Position numbers and translations under genes: made by a program. Under the pieces are notes generated by a model. It had not been told where the DNA came from, did no database searches, and saw only the letters and a list, made by a program, of their open reading frames with translations. 64,000 nucleotides of DNA from Leptogorgia sarmentosa. Taxonomy: Eukaryota. Shown in pieces: positions 1 to 11,419 of this stretch. The stretch spans positions 6,138,001 through 6,202,000 of the forward strand of contig OZ210885.1 in NCBI GenBank assembly GCA_964658305.1. The letters run 5' to 3'. How positions within the stretch are numbered: the first letter of the stretch is position 1; each line of letters starts with the position of its first letter.

Positions 1-23
1 TGTTATTATTAATCATTCTGATT

Positions 24-333
24 CATGACCATGAAGATCGTTGGGGAGACCATGAAGACTGAGGCGGCCAAGGTCGTGGTGGTGACCGAGGCCGTGGCGG
101 ATTTCATGGTATGTTAGATGCTTTATGTAGAATTAACATTGTTAGTCACATGACAAAAACCAATAAATTAAATGTCACAATATTTAACTTTAGGACAGTG
201 TTGTAATTGTGGCCACAGAGGCCATCGTGCCAGTCACTGCACTGCAAGACACAAGCTGGCCCGGTTCACAGCTTCACTAACTGCAAATTTGAAAAGTGTA
301 ACATTTGATGTTACACTTTTCAAATTAGTGTAA
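24..333 (+). pseudogene. Spliced RGG-rich plus CCHC zinc-knuckle coding fragment
   Basis: Exon reading GGQGRGGDRGRGGFH-G, GT donor at 109, AG acceptor at 193, then GQCCNCGHRGHRASHC (C-x2-C-x4-H-x4-C). In-frame TGA upstream of the RGG run. Confidence 0.6.
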
Positions 334-1559
334 CATTTGATGTTACACTTTTCAAATTTGCAGTATATTTTTATACATATTAAATATTAGATATTTTTAT
401 CATAATAAATTATCATCAATAAAATATTAATCAATGTTATCGTAAAATTTCCCTCGATTTGAAAACATATTTCCATTATATTGTGATGTTAAAAATAGCA
501 GTGGCAAAGCCAGCCTGATAATTTGGTGATGCTATGCAAATATCGAATATTTTTGTGTTCATGCACTTCCTTTGAAGCTATATGTTCCTGCAAAGTGCAC
601 CTTGGATGATTGGAAGACAGATGTAAGTCATTAAGTATTCATCAGAGATCTGTTTGAAATAAAAACAATGAGGTACTGACCACAGTCCAGGTAGTACACA
701 GGGACAATTGTACTGGAAGATATTTCGCTAATCCGGCCATCCAAGACTTATTTTAGTATTAAATAAAAAACATCGAAGATCCCAGTAATAAGTGTATATT
801 AAAATTATATTGTTGTCGCAGTATCAGTACAGTAGCACTAGATCTTTACCTGTCTGTTGATTTTGATACGATCTTCACTTTTTCACTTGTTGTATTTCAT
901 GTACACAGTCACATATCTTTTGACGAAAAGATTTAAAGCAAGACAGAAACAACCAGAAATAAAAACTCCGAAATAAGAGTTTTGCTCTGGGAGAGACCTG
1001 TTAGGGTTGTTAGGGATATGCTGGTTTTGAGGGCTGGTGGTGGTGGCGGTGGTGTGGACGTTGAAATTGGTGGTGGTGGTGGAGCTGGGGTTGAGGTCGA
1101 TGGTGGTATGCCTGTTGTTGACATTGGCGATAAACATGTCGAGCGCAATGCTGATCACGATGCTGATGGCAGCAGCTGCGGTGGGCCAGCCTGTTGCTGA
1201 CCAGCTGTTGCACTTCAGAACCATCGAAGAGCAGTTCAGTCTCCTTTCAGCATCTCTCGTCTTGGCAATGATGTGATGCTCCTCTGGTACGTGTTCTGAA
1301 TGCCTTGTCTTACCTTGCTGAAAACCGGGTACTCCTCAGCGTGCCGTTCTGGTGACTTGAAAGACATCGTGCGTTCATGCAAAGAGAGTCGGCCGTGGCG
1401 AACCGTTACCCATCCCCATCATCAATGCACAGAAGGAACTTACACAAGTAAATATATCAGCTCAATCGCTTGATTGGTTAATTATGATCCAAGATATGAT
1501 TTTATCGTGCTTATTAAGACATTTATAATTTTATAATTTTGAATTTTCGACCAGGCTAT

Positions 1560-1675
1560 AATTTAATTTCGCGTGTGTTATTAATTTCGCGGGGATTTTT
1601 ATTCGCGATTTTTTTCCAATCGCGAAAATCCCGAAATTTAAGTCGCGCGAAATTAAGTACGAATATTAAAGGTAC
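1560..1675. repeat. MITE-like fragment rich in inverted TTCGCG/CGCGAA motifs
   Basis: taatttcgcg...attcgcgattt...aatcgcgaaaat...cgcgaaattaa; self-complementary; no TSD resolved. Confidence 0.4.
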
Positions 1676-2341
1676 TATTATTACGGTTTTTTAATAAACT
1701 CTTCTTATGTTTCTATTCGTGTGCAATGGTAAGAATATTTTCATTCGGTGAAAGATAGAATGTTCTATTCAACGAGGCAATATTACATGAAACTGATATT
1801 AATTCTTACCATTACGCTCATAAACGTTCATTATTCGTTTGACTGTCAAAACAGCGTCCCCCCACACTTCATAATTCACAAAACATCACTGGGTTCAACA
1901 GAATTTATTTCGCATAAAGCCCGAATCCACTGACGACGCTAATATGCCACTGATGTCAAGCACAAAGTGTACGTTGCAACCATACCCTCATGAAATGTTC
2001 GAGGTTTTTAGGTTGTGCGCATGCTTGATTCAGAGCCAAAAGTGGCCAAAATCTAGCTAACAAAATAGGCCGAACCCCCAAAGGTTTCTTGAACAGGCCT
2101 ATGAGATATAAATTCCCAGAGATCATACCTTGCATTAGCTACTACAAAGCACTCGGGGGGTATTTTCGTGTTTTCTCTGAGGGTGTTTTAGTTCATTTTT
2201 ACCACCTCATTCATTCGAGGAAAAAGGCACAAATAGCCAAACTTTTCTCACGAAGCAAAGCAAGGAAAAAAATTAGCCAAATTCGAGTTATTTGTATGTA
2301 GTACATTTATTCGCGCAACAACATTATTATTATTATTTTAG

Positions 2342-2990
2342 ATACAGCATTCGCATGGAAGTTTCCTTCCCACAAGACCGCATTGGCGATGGGGCTGGTA
2401 TATCTGGTGCAACCATCACGTCACTGGCTGACAATTGGACCGATGACCACGATGCGTTGATAGCCAACCAATCTCTGTCTTCTCTACTCTGGGCTAACAT
2501 CGAGGCAAAGCTTGGCTGGCGGCAAGACCTTCCTGGAACGCGTCGAAGAAACATAGGTTTTTCCTTTCTCTAATCAATACTAATTCTTCTCATTGTAAAA
2601 AAATCCCACGTCTGTGCCAATCCTGCATGCCATCAGCACTTTGCCAAGCAAGGAAGGCAGTGGTTGGAAGCCAGAATGGCACGGTTGAGGACTGACCCTG
2701 AAGCCGTTTCAATCCTGGACATCTACGATGTGGACCAGTATGGACGTCTGCTGGCAGACGTCTGTGGTGTTCGTGTGGGCGCAGACCAAAACATCTTGGC
2801 CCCGTGGTAATTGGCTGAAGAATGCATCAGTGCTGGCTGGGCCTTCACAACGCCACTCCACATCCTACCCGATCATGTGGCGCGTGCATTGGATCAAGCG
2901 AAGAACAACAGGATGGGAGGGTGGGGCCTCGAAACACCTGAGCGCCCTTCCAACGACCGCATCTTTGTCGCCGACTCCACTGTGAGCAGG
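2342..2990 (+). pseudogene. Staphylococcal nuclease (SNase/thermonuclease)-like domain, degenerate
   Basis: One frame with stops at 2571 and 2808: RIGDGAG...WRQDLPG...FAKQGRQWLE...DVDQYGRLLADV...LAEECISAGWA...ALDQAKNNRMGGWGLETPERP. Order and spacing match the SNase motifs DGD, DxPE, DxYGRxLAxV, LVxxGxA and AKxxRxGxW. Confidence 0.65.
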
Positions 2991-3024
2991 TCAACCGAGA
3001 GGGACGACAACATGTCTTCTGGCA

Positions 3025-3780
3025 GCTTGCGTTTTGGCCCGCCCGTAGTCTTGAATTCAGACCAGGGTTGCAACTTCGAAAGTACACTGCTGAATGAAAT
3101 ATGCAACTTTATGGGTATCACAAAATCGCGCACCACAAGCTACCACCCTCAGTGTGACGGACAGACAGAGCTGCAAAACAGGACAATTCAGGCTATGCTG
3201 TCAGCTTTTGCATCAAAGCGACGCAATGATTGGGACTTGTGGCTAGATCCAGTAACATTTGCTTGCAACACAAGTAGACATGACGCATTAGGTACTTCCC
3301 CATACGAAGTAGTTTTTAGTCAGTTACCTAGATTGCCAGTTGAATTGGAATTAGAAGTTCTCCTAAAAAACCCGTCCTCACAGAGTGAATACTTAGTTTC
3401 AGTTCGGTCCGCATTTCATGATGTAAGACGCATAGCAGAACAACATTTGTCAAAAGCATCTGAAAAACAGGCAAGGCTCAACCACTTGGCAGTGATGCAG
3501 TGGGTGGGGCCTTTCAACATTCTAAAACGGTTTGGGGTGAACTATAGAATCGCTTCTAAGGGAGGGAAAGTAATGGTCGTTCATCACGACCAGTTAAAAC
3601 ATAGTCATATCTCTTTTCAAGTGGGCGAACCGGTTCGCCCAAGTAGGGAAGTTCCAGGTGGTTGATGTTACACCCCCACAACTTGGTATTGACGGTTTTC
3701 CTCACGCTCAACCTGCCAGACTTAGACAGCGAATAAATCCTCCCAACAGATACGGATAGACAAATGTTCTCGGGATGAGA
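3025..3780 (+). mobile_element. Gypsy/Ty3 retrotransposon integrase, C-terminal part
   Basis: RFGPPVVLNSDQGCNFES...TTSYHPQCDGQTE (rve core), then WVGPFNILKRFGVNYRI...VVHHDQLK (GPY/F module). Confidence 0.9.
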
Positions 3781-3799
3781 ACACATAGGACGAGCACAG

Positions 3800-3995
3800 T
3801 GTAACGAATATCTGATAATGGACTATGATAAAACGAAAGTGTAAAGCTGTAAATAGATAATTAGATATAGTTCCCTAATTAATTAAAGGAAGGAAAACGC
3901 CCTAGACATAGAGAATATAAATTGAGAATGAAAATGAAATAAAGTTAAGTTGGATCTAGACCACGTTGTGTGTTGTGTTGGCTCGGCTCATCACA
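3800..3995 (+). mobile_element. Probable 3' LTR of the Gypsy element
   Basis: Starts TGTAACG directly downstream of the integrase, contains AATAAA, ends CATCACA (TG...CA). Confidence 0.6.
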
Positions 3996-4540
3996 GAAAC
4001 ATGTTTTGAGTGAATCATAGCATTCTGAGCCACTCATTACTGCTATAGTGTTTGTTCCTGGTTGAAATGAAATGGATGTTAAATTAAAACTGATTTATCT
4101 GTATGCAATTGACCAATCAAAACGTATAGATCAAACTGCAATGTATAATATCGGTTATTTACCTTTGGCAGCCAAAACATCTTCTGATTCATCCAACACA
4201 CAACAACTCAGAATAACATTATTTGTTAATCTGGTCATTCTAGCTCCATCACCACTTATCTTGACCTTAACGTTCTTGCCTGGTTCACGTTTACCATCTT
4301 GTGCTTGTATTTTTAACAAAATTAAGGTTTATAAGTACTATAGGGAGAGGAAAGTTGCAGTTTTTGATCTGCATCAATTAATATACTGTCACTCTCAAGG
4401 CATAGGTGAACCAGGGTTTCACCCTGGTGAAAATCGTCGCACTCATGGTTTTAAGTTCGCTGTCATGTTTATATTGTTAATATTATTCTAATTTAGTTTA
4501 GCTTTACAGTACATTTAATGGACGTGATTTAGTTAGATTA

Positions 4541-4579
4541 TTCCCACTGAAGAAGCCCTAACTGGCAAAATGTTTGGAA
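4541..4579 (+). ncRNA. Degenerate Penelope-type hammerhead motif
   Basis: ccca-CTGAAGA-agcc/ggc stem-AAAAtgt-ttgg. The GAAA core reads AAAA, consistent with CpG decay of ggcgaaacgt. Confidence 0.35.
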
Positions 4580-4709
4580 CTTAGTTGAATGTTAGAAATG
4601 TTAATGTTCTGCAAAACTGAATTCAAAATGTGAATGTTAAAGTTCTGCAGAGCAAAGCGAATATTCCTTTGAACAAATCGTTTAGAATACACCTTGTCGC
4701 CATTCGAAC

Positions 4710-5160
4710 TCTGATTGGGTTAGGAAAATCGTTGAAAGTACTAGATTATAATATAGTTTAGTAAAAAAATCAGTCATCACAATAAGGAATAAGGATAATC
4801 TATGCTGCGGTAGAGCTATAGCTGTGGGGCAAGCAATATCTGATACGCACCCGAAGTTAAAACAATTTAAAGACGGACAACTCATTCAGAAACAAGTATC
4901 CCTAAAACCATATAAAAAAGCAAATGTTCTGGTCCTTGCGGTCTTCGGGATATCTCTAAATTGCAAGGGATTCTGGGGGGTTTATGAGATTGTAGTCATA
5001 GATTTTGATGCAGGTAATTAAGTTATTTATGAAGGTCCCAGAGGCAATAAGAAAATCGTGTTATACAAGCACGGTGATCATTTTAACGTAATCAATCCTG
5101 AGAGACTTCCTGCTTTTCATGGTAAACGTTTTTTTGTGAAAAATGCACGTCCTTTTATCA
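4710..5160 (+). mobile_element. Polinton/Maverick protein-primed PolB N-terminal fragment
   Basis: KKSVITIRNKDNLCCGRAIAVG...YEIVVID...VIYEGP...KIVLYKHGDHFNVI..PAFHGK, resembling the region upstream of the exonuclease domain in Polinton PolB; frameshifted. Confidence 0.65.
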
Positions 5161-5164
5161 GAAC

Positions 5165-6235
5165 TATGGTCACAATCAATTCTGGTATGTCCAAGGACAG
5201 CCATATTATGACACTACCAAGAGAGCTATTCTTGCGCATGGCTCGTTTGAATTTTACTATAACTGCAAAACATGTTCCCGGAAAAGGGAATGGCATCGCT
5301 GATTCACTACTGTCTCATTTTAACATGCAGGTATTTCGTCAACTGGCTCCACACGCTCACTTATCCCCAGTAGTGGTTCCTCCATCATTGCTAGCCTGTC
5401 TGAACTCTCTGAATTGAAGCAGCAAACACGAACACTAATGTTTCTTAATACATCTTGACGAACCTATGACTCGGCACAGCATAAATTTCTCGAATTTTGT
5501 CATTGGAGCCAGTGTTTGAATGCCAACGGTTCCCCCTTGCCAGCGTGTGAGTGGACCTTAATGTTATTCACAACTCACTTGTCCCGGACTTTAAAAGCCT
5601 CGTCGATCAAGATGTACTTGGCAGGAGAATGCAGTTCCATATCGAAAATAGCTTCTCCAATCTACTGGCGAAATGTTATGGCTCCAACAAGTCTTACACG
5701 GTATCAAACGATCAGGGTATTTCGACGCTTTGCTTTCTCAGATATGAACTGTGTTAAATTTTGAGTGCTACGACGATGTTTGTTTTGCCCGGCATGCTGT
5801 ATGGGGTTTTTTGGCTCTCTTCAATCTGGCGAATTTACTACCCCACAGAGCAAATTTGACTCTAAAATTCATTTGGCGCTGGTAGACGTACAAATCGACA
5901 AGCACATCAATCCAAAGGTAATTTACTTGTGCATCAAATGCTTTAAAACTGATCCATTTCATCAAGGGCATACTATTTGCCTTGGGATTACAGGTAAAGA
6001 CATTTGCGCAGAGGTGATGCAGGACCGCTTTTTCGTCATGCCAATGGATCTCCACTAACAAGAACAACACTAACCACCTGGCTCAGAAATGCCGTAGCTC
6101 GTGCTGGTCTGCAAGGTAACTTTTCAGGACATAGCTTTTGCATTTCCGCGGCAACGTCAGTAACGGCCGCTGGTATTCCGGACCGGTTAATTAAGACTTT
6201 AGGGAGATGGTTTAGCATGCTTATCAACTTTGGGG
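5165..6235 (+). mobile_element. DIRS/Ngaro-type retroelement remnant: RNase H end plus tyrosine recombinase
   Basis: AKHVPGKGNGIADSLLS (RNase H); GFFGSLQSGEFT, KCFKTDPFHQG, GPLF, FSGHSFCISAAT...IKTLGRW (YR); frameshifted. Confidence 0.85.
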
Positions 6236-6359
6236 TGGGAAAATGATTTTAAATATTTATGAAGAATAGTGGCTGGTTTTCAAACAAAAGAGCGACACAA
6301 ATGACAGTTTACAGGCCTTCGTCTTCGACCACGCTGCAAAGGTGAAAAGGTCCTACAGA

Positions 6360-6965
6360 ACGATGAATAAATCCAACTACATGTTCAAGCCACTGTCAAC
6401 AGTCTCTCAACGACATATAAGAAGCACTACCAACATGAAACTGTGGATACCAAATCATAAACTGTCAATCACTAGATGTGGACTTAGATCAGTGATACGA
6501 TCCTCAAGTTCATTTCCCGCATTTAAGCAGAGTGCATGACTTGTTTATGGAACAGTTTATAAATCAGTGGCGTAGCCAGAACGATAATTCCCATATTCAT
6601 ATATTCATGTTCTGCGTTATTAAATTCTTTTCATATCCATTGTTTTTATGGTATGTGAACACAAATATATGAATATGGGCCCCCCCAATTATCGTTCTGG
6701 CTACGCCACGGTTATAAATTATTGCTAATATATCATGTAATACCCCATAAATCTATGTATAAGTGTGTGTGTAATTTGTGTATGTGTGTAATTTGTGTGT
6801 GTGTCCATGGAGGTAAGTGTATATGTATAAGTAACTTAAATGTAAATTGTGCTGTAAATATATATAATGAATCCTAGAAGGTCCAGTGGAAGATTAGCAT
6901 TTGCTAAACTGGCATATTGTTATATAATAAATCTTCATTAAATAAAGATTTAATAAAATAATAAT
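6360..6965 (+). mobile_element. LINE (CR1/L2-like) 3' end fragment
   Basis: FKPLSTVSQRHIRSTTNMKLWIP resembles an ORF2 C-terminus; AT-rich UTR ending in AATAAA/(AAT) repeats; interrupted by the MITE below. Confidence 0.35.
6565..6711. mobile_element. hAT-type MITE
   Basis: 25-bp TIR CAGTGGCGTAGCCAGAACGATAATT (1 mismatch); 8-bp TSD TTATAAAT at 6557-6564 and 6712-6719. Confidence 0.9.
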
Positions 6966-7344
6966 AACTGTACATACAAACATCTAGTCACATTATAGAG
7001 ACCGTTCCTGCACACATTGTCTGTAATAGTACAACATAGTTTCCATAAATATAGTTGTTTGTTGTTGTCTCTCTTTATTGTGTGTTTGCACTATTCTGGA
7101 TAAGTCCAAACAGAGGTTCAGCCCATTTTACTGCCCCTTTACAATTTTCCATGGCAAGAAATTAGCGACTGCATGTTGTCCCTGTGCTAGTCTCATTAGA
7201 GGGACAGCTTAGCAAGCAGGTGTGGTCCCCCTGCTAATTTCGCTTTGGCAACAGCTAGCACTTAGGCATTGCCCCTTTGCTAATTATATTTTGCAGCAGC
7301 TTAGTAACCAGGCTGGTCCATTTGTTAATCTTGTGTTTGGCGAC

Positions 7345-7680
7345 AGCTGAGCAAAAGTACAACACAGATATTCCAGGATGATGCGAACTGCAAGTAAACA
7401 GATCCGCAACACAGGGACCCTTGGAACATTGAGACATTAAATCGTCCATTACAATTAAAGAATTGTCATGTCCTTTGGTGAATTCACTGATATTGTTCGG
7501 AAACCTTAGGAAGTTGGTAAAATTCTTTTTGATACTCTGCATAACAGTAAATAAATTTGGTTGGATGAGGATAAAACATTTCCTCCAAATGATTAAGATT
7601 TGGCTAATCATGTACCAATTACTGCACTGGGTTTGACCACAAATATAAAAATTTGCAGGGGTTTAAAATCTTATGTCCAT
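7345..7680 (-). mobile_element. Polinton packaging ATPase fragment (copy 1)
   Basis: MDIRF.TPANFYICGQTQC (Walker A region); SLIVMDDLM (Walker B); VADLFTCSSHHPGISVLY. Confidence 0.8.
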
Positions 7681-10274
7681 CGTGACAAAACCGAAAATGA
7701 GTTTCACAATAAACATTCGTGGTCAGAGGAGGTTGGACAGCTGTCACGTGAATTTCTCGACCAATCAAATCGCGTCATTTTCACATTGCTTTTGCGAGGA
7801 TTTTTGACAAAAAAATTTGCATAGCGCACAAATATATTCAAATTTTGGGTATTTTTTTTCAAATTTCATGCTGGATTTAGCAGTATTCTATAAGAAGAAG
7901 AGTTGAATTTCCAATATCTGAAATATTGAGTGAGGTAAGCGTTAATTACTGCTTTATTTTTATAGTCAAAGCTTGGAGGGTCATTTCAAGACGACTGCCT
8001 AATTTTATTTCTGTTTACAATTTTTAAAGTGCAAAATCTGGAATTCCTGTGGTTCGATCTTTTTGATTTTTTGTATATATGAAGACAAATATATTAGCTA
8101 AAAACGTATGGTTTCAGACCCCAAAAGTCCCAGCTCCGCGATATAGAAATTTCACCTTGAATCGAAATGACCCGTTTTGACATTTGCCAAAAATGGCGCT
8201 TCGCCTTGTTACCAAGAAAGATTATTTTGTTGAATAATTTGTGAAGTTAGTGGCGAGGTTTAAAGTTATTTATTACACGAGGTGTTCAATTAGTTTCACA
8301 GGAATATTTGAACATTTAAAACAATGTTTTCTTAGGCTTTATGTAGAGGATAATTTTGGGTTGTTACTTTCATGTTGCCTTTTGACATGAGTTGTTGCCT
8401 CACGCAAGTTTTACCACCCAACCCTTATTTCATGTAACAGCTAAATTATTATGGGTTTTAAGATGGTTAATGTCCCCCAAAAGGCCTTATTGAAACCATC
8501 TATTCATCCCTGGGTATTATTGTTTGTGTTATTCATATATTGTTACTTATTACAGGTGCATAATGTGTGGCAGCATTAAATGTAATGCTCTTTTCATTCA
8601 CCTGCTGAACAACAGCTGATCCTGGGGGTGTTCATGGCAAAGTGATCCCTCAACTGGGCCACCTGAGTTGCTTTAGCAGCTGAGTTGCTTTAGCAGTCCA
8701 GTTCAATCCAGCAGAAGATGTACCAGCTCCTGAGCCAAGCACAAAATGTACAAATATATGTACTGTAGAGATACAGATTGGGGTGATAGTAATTGGCCAA
8801 AGCTATTGATATTGATATTGTAATTACCCAATAACATGTAATTGTTGTGTGTTGTTTGTCTTATGTGACAACGTTGATAGACTCGAAAAGTTAGATACTT
8901 TTAGTACACAACCATGGTTGACACAAATTTTCCATTCCTATTATATAACTCAAGTGCTCAAGATAATTAAACAGTTTCACAAATTTATTAATTTATTCAC
9001 ACCACATAATGTTAACTTGTTTATACCAACTGTCTTATGTAATGTTGTTTTTATTAAAAGCACATTTTCAAAATTGTACATGTATATCCTGTCAGTGATT
9101 ACAGCATGGGTGGAGCAAACAGTACTTAGTTTAGTAGAAATACAGTATACCCAACACATATGCATTCCATTCAATAATTGTAGGGCTTGGTTTATTGTAC
9201 TATATTTTTTATATTAAAACATCTCTTCAAGAACAAGGTATGGCAGTATCAAAGTTTGGAATTAATATTTTCATGAGCAGTGGAACCAATGGAATGTCTT
9301 CATCATTGCTGCTTTCAGATTCATAGCAATCATCAAATTCCACTATATTTAGTTCCTTCTAACTGGTCATTGCCATCTTGCCCAACTTCAAAATCAGCCA
9401 ACCATTATATGTCTAAGCAAATTTCTTTCTACAAAATCACAACAGAAAATCCTTTTCTCAAAATTAGAATTCCTAAGTTACATGTAACCCAGTTACATGC
9501 AATTCAGGAATATTATGTAAGCAATAGAATGAATAGATGAAATAATGAAATTCACCATCTGATAGTCTGATACAAAAGGAAAATTTATACAGCCATACAT
9601 AACTTAAGTATCACAAGTAAATTCTTTTTACATGCAATCGTAAATAATAAAAATAAATAATATATATATATATATTAAAATAAATGCATTGTAGTTTAAA
9701 TATTGATATACCAACCTGGAATACTGTTTAATATTTTGATCATACATGGCGACTCGGCAATATATAAAGACGGTTACCAAGAAAGCCAGGCAATTTAAAA
9801 ACGGTAAACTTGGAATAATAAACAGCAACCATCGTAAGGATCACAACAATAAAGTTTTACCACGCTATTTTTAAGAAGAATCGAAGTCAAACTCCAAACG
9901 CGTCCATTTATTAATTGGACCAGAGATGTTTACATCGCGGCAGTCAAAGTATGAATGAGGCCGCACTTAAATTAGACGCTCGTTACCCATGATGCTTTGC
10001 GGTCTGCTGTCCAACCTCCTTTGATTCGTGGTATTCATTTAAACTTTACAAATAATATTAATTGAAAATGTGTTTAATTCACAACTTTAACCTATGGAAA
10101 ACACTCACATCGATCGTGAATGCTGTAAAGTCAATGTCTTTCAAAGGCGTGGCTACTAAGCGAACAGCCTGGCATGTCACATCCTCAGATTCCTACAGCA
10201 AATAAACTATTCACTAGTAAGCTATAATACGACCAAAATTAATAAGGTGTATTTCAGCAAAAACCCTGGATATG

Positions 10275-10535
10275 TTGGAAATAAATTTTGGGTCAAGTAC
10301 AACACAGATATTCCACGAAGATGAGAACCGCAGGTAAAGAGGTCTGCAACACGTGGATCATTGGAACATTGAGTCATCAGATCGTCCAGCACAACCAGAG
10401 AATTGTCATGTCCCTTGCTTAGTTCATTTACGTCGTTTGGAAACCCTTCTATCAGTTCAACATTTGGAGGGAACTCATCAAATTCTTTTTGATACTCTCC
10501 GTAACAATAAACAATTTTGGCAGGAACAGGATAAA
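10275..10535 (-). mobile_element. Polinton packaging ATPase fragment (copy 2)
   Basis: Reverse strand: KIVYCYGEYQKEFDE...EGFP...SLVVLDDLM...VADLFTCGSHLRGISVLYLTQNLF. Confidence 0.85.
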
Positions 10536-10917
10536 TAAATATTTATATATGGATAAATAAATTTTATTTCATTACAGGTGTTAAAAAAATATTTGATTTC
10601 TAAATAAAAATAAAGTGTGTTGTATAAAATATATTGACCCACAGACTATCAACTCTATCAATCGGGTCAATGAAAGGCATGCAATGCATTTTCAAGCTTT
10701 TTGTTTTCAGTCATGCTTCTTGTCAACTGTACACGAGACAAGAGTTTGCACGAGTCTATTTTTTCCCCGTAGAATTATAACAAAATAACATTTAAAGAAG
10801 CAACTAAGTAACAGCTAGCATCCATTTTGTAAGTATTTTTCTAGTTCAATTTTGTAATTAGACTAGTTCACTTTCCAATCAATGTTTTCTAGCTGTTCAG
10901 TGACTTTGGATTAATTA

Positions 10918-11160
10918 GGGCCATTCCATTTAATATCCACCCCCCCCCCCCCCCCCCGTGTTGACAAGACTTTCTTAGGGGGTCAGCACTTTCAAATTTC
11001 TCAGGGGGTTAGCAATGTGAAATTTTCTGGGGGGTGGGTATTTGTTGCTGACCTGTCGAAAATTTTCTGAGGGGTAAAGAAGATTTGTGTTAGTAAATTT
11101 CCAAGGGGGCTAAAAAAATATATTCAATTTCTGAATGGGTATCCGTGTCCATCGTAGGTA
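10918..11160. mobile_element. DNA transposon terminus (GGGCCATTCCATTT..., Sola2-like)
   Basis: Terminal motif followed by repeated aatttc..aggggg subterminal motifs; partner end not found; superfamily call from recall only. Confidence 0.4.
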
Positions 11161-11419
11161 AAATTTTTTTCTTAGCTGGTCACTGAGAGAGATATGTGGT
11201 TGAAGCTACACGTTATTGTATATAAAAGAATGCAAATTTAAGAATCATATATACTTTAAAAGCATATCCGTTTATGCATCCTAACGTTTTTCTTTGAATA
11301 AAACAAGACAATATGCTAAAAACGAATTTCTATGATCAACTGAAATTGAAAATTGATTTCAACTGGAAAATTTCAGTATAATACAATTTGCACTTATTTC
11401 TCGTTGCTTTTTATTCCAT

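Noticed and set aside
883..1440. Overlapping Gly/Pro/His-rich ORFs as genes
   Set aside because: They arise from a (GGT)n low-complexity tract; no recognisable domain, and longer frames contain stops.
2811..3665. Functional SNase-integrase fusion protein
   Set aside because: Both halves are truncated (the integrase lacks its zinc finger and first Asp) and the SNase has stops; an in-frame chance junction is more likely.
7975..8175. Complete MITE bounded by GGGTCATTTC/GAAATGACCC
   Set aside because: Only a 10-bp inverted match and no TSD; probably transposon-derived but not callable.
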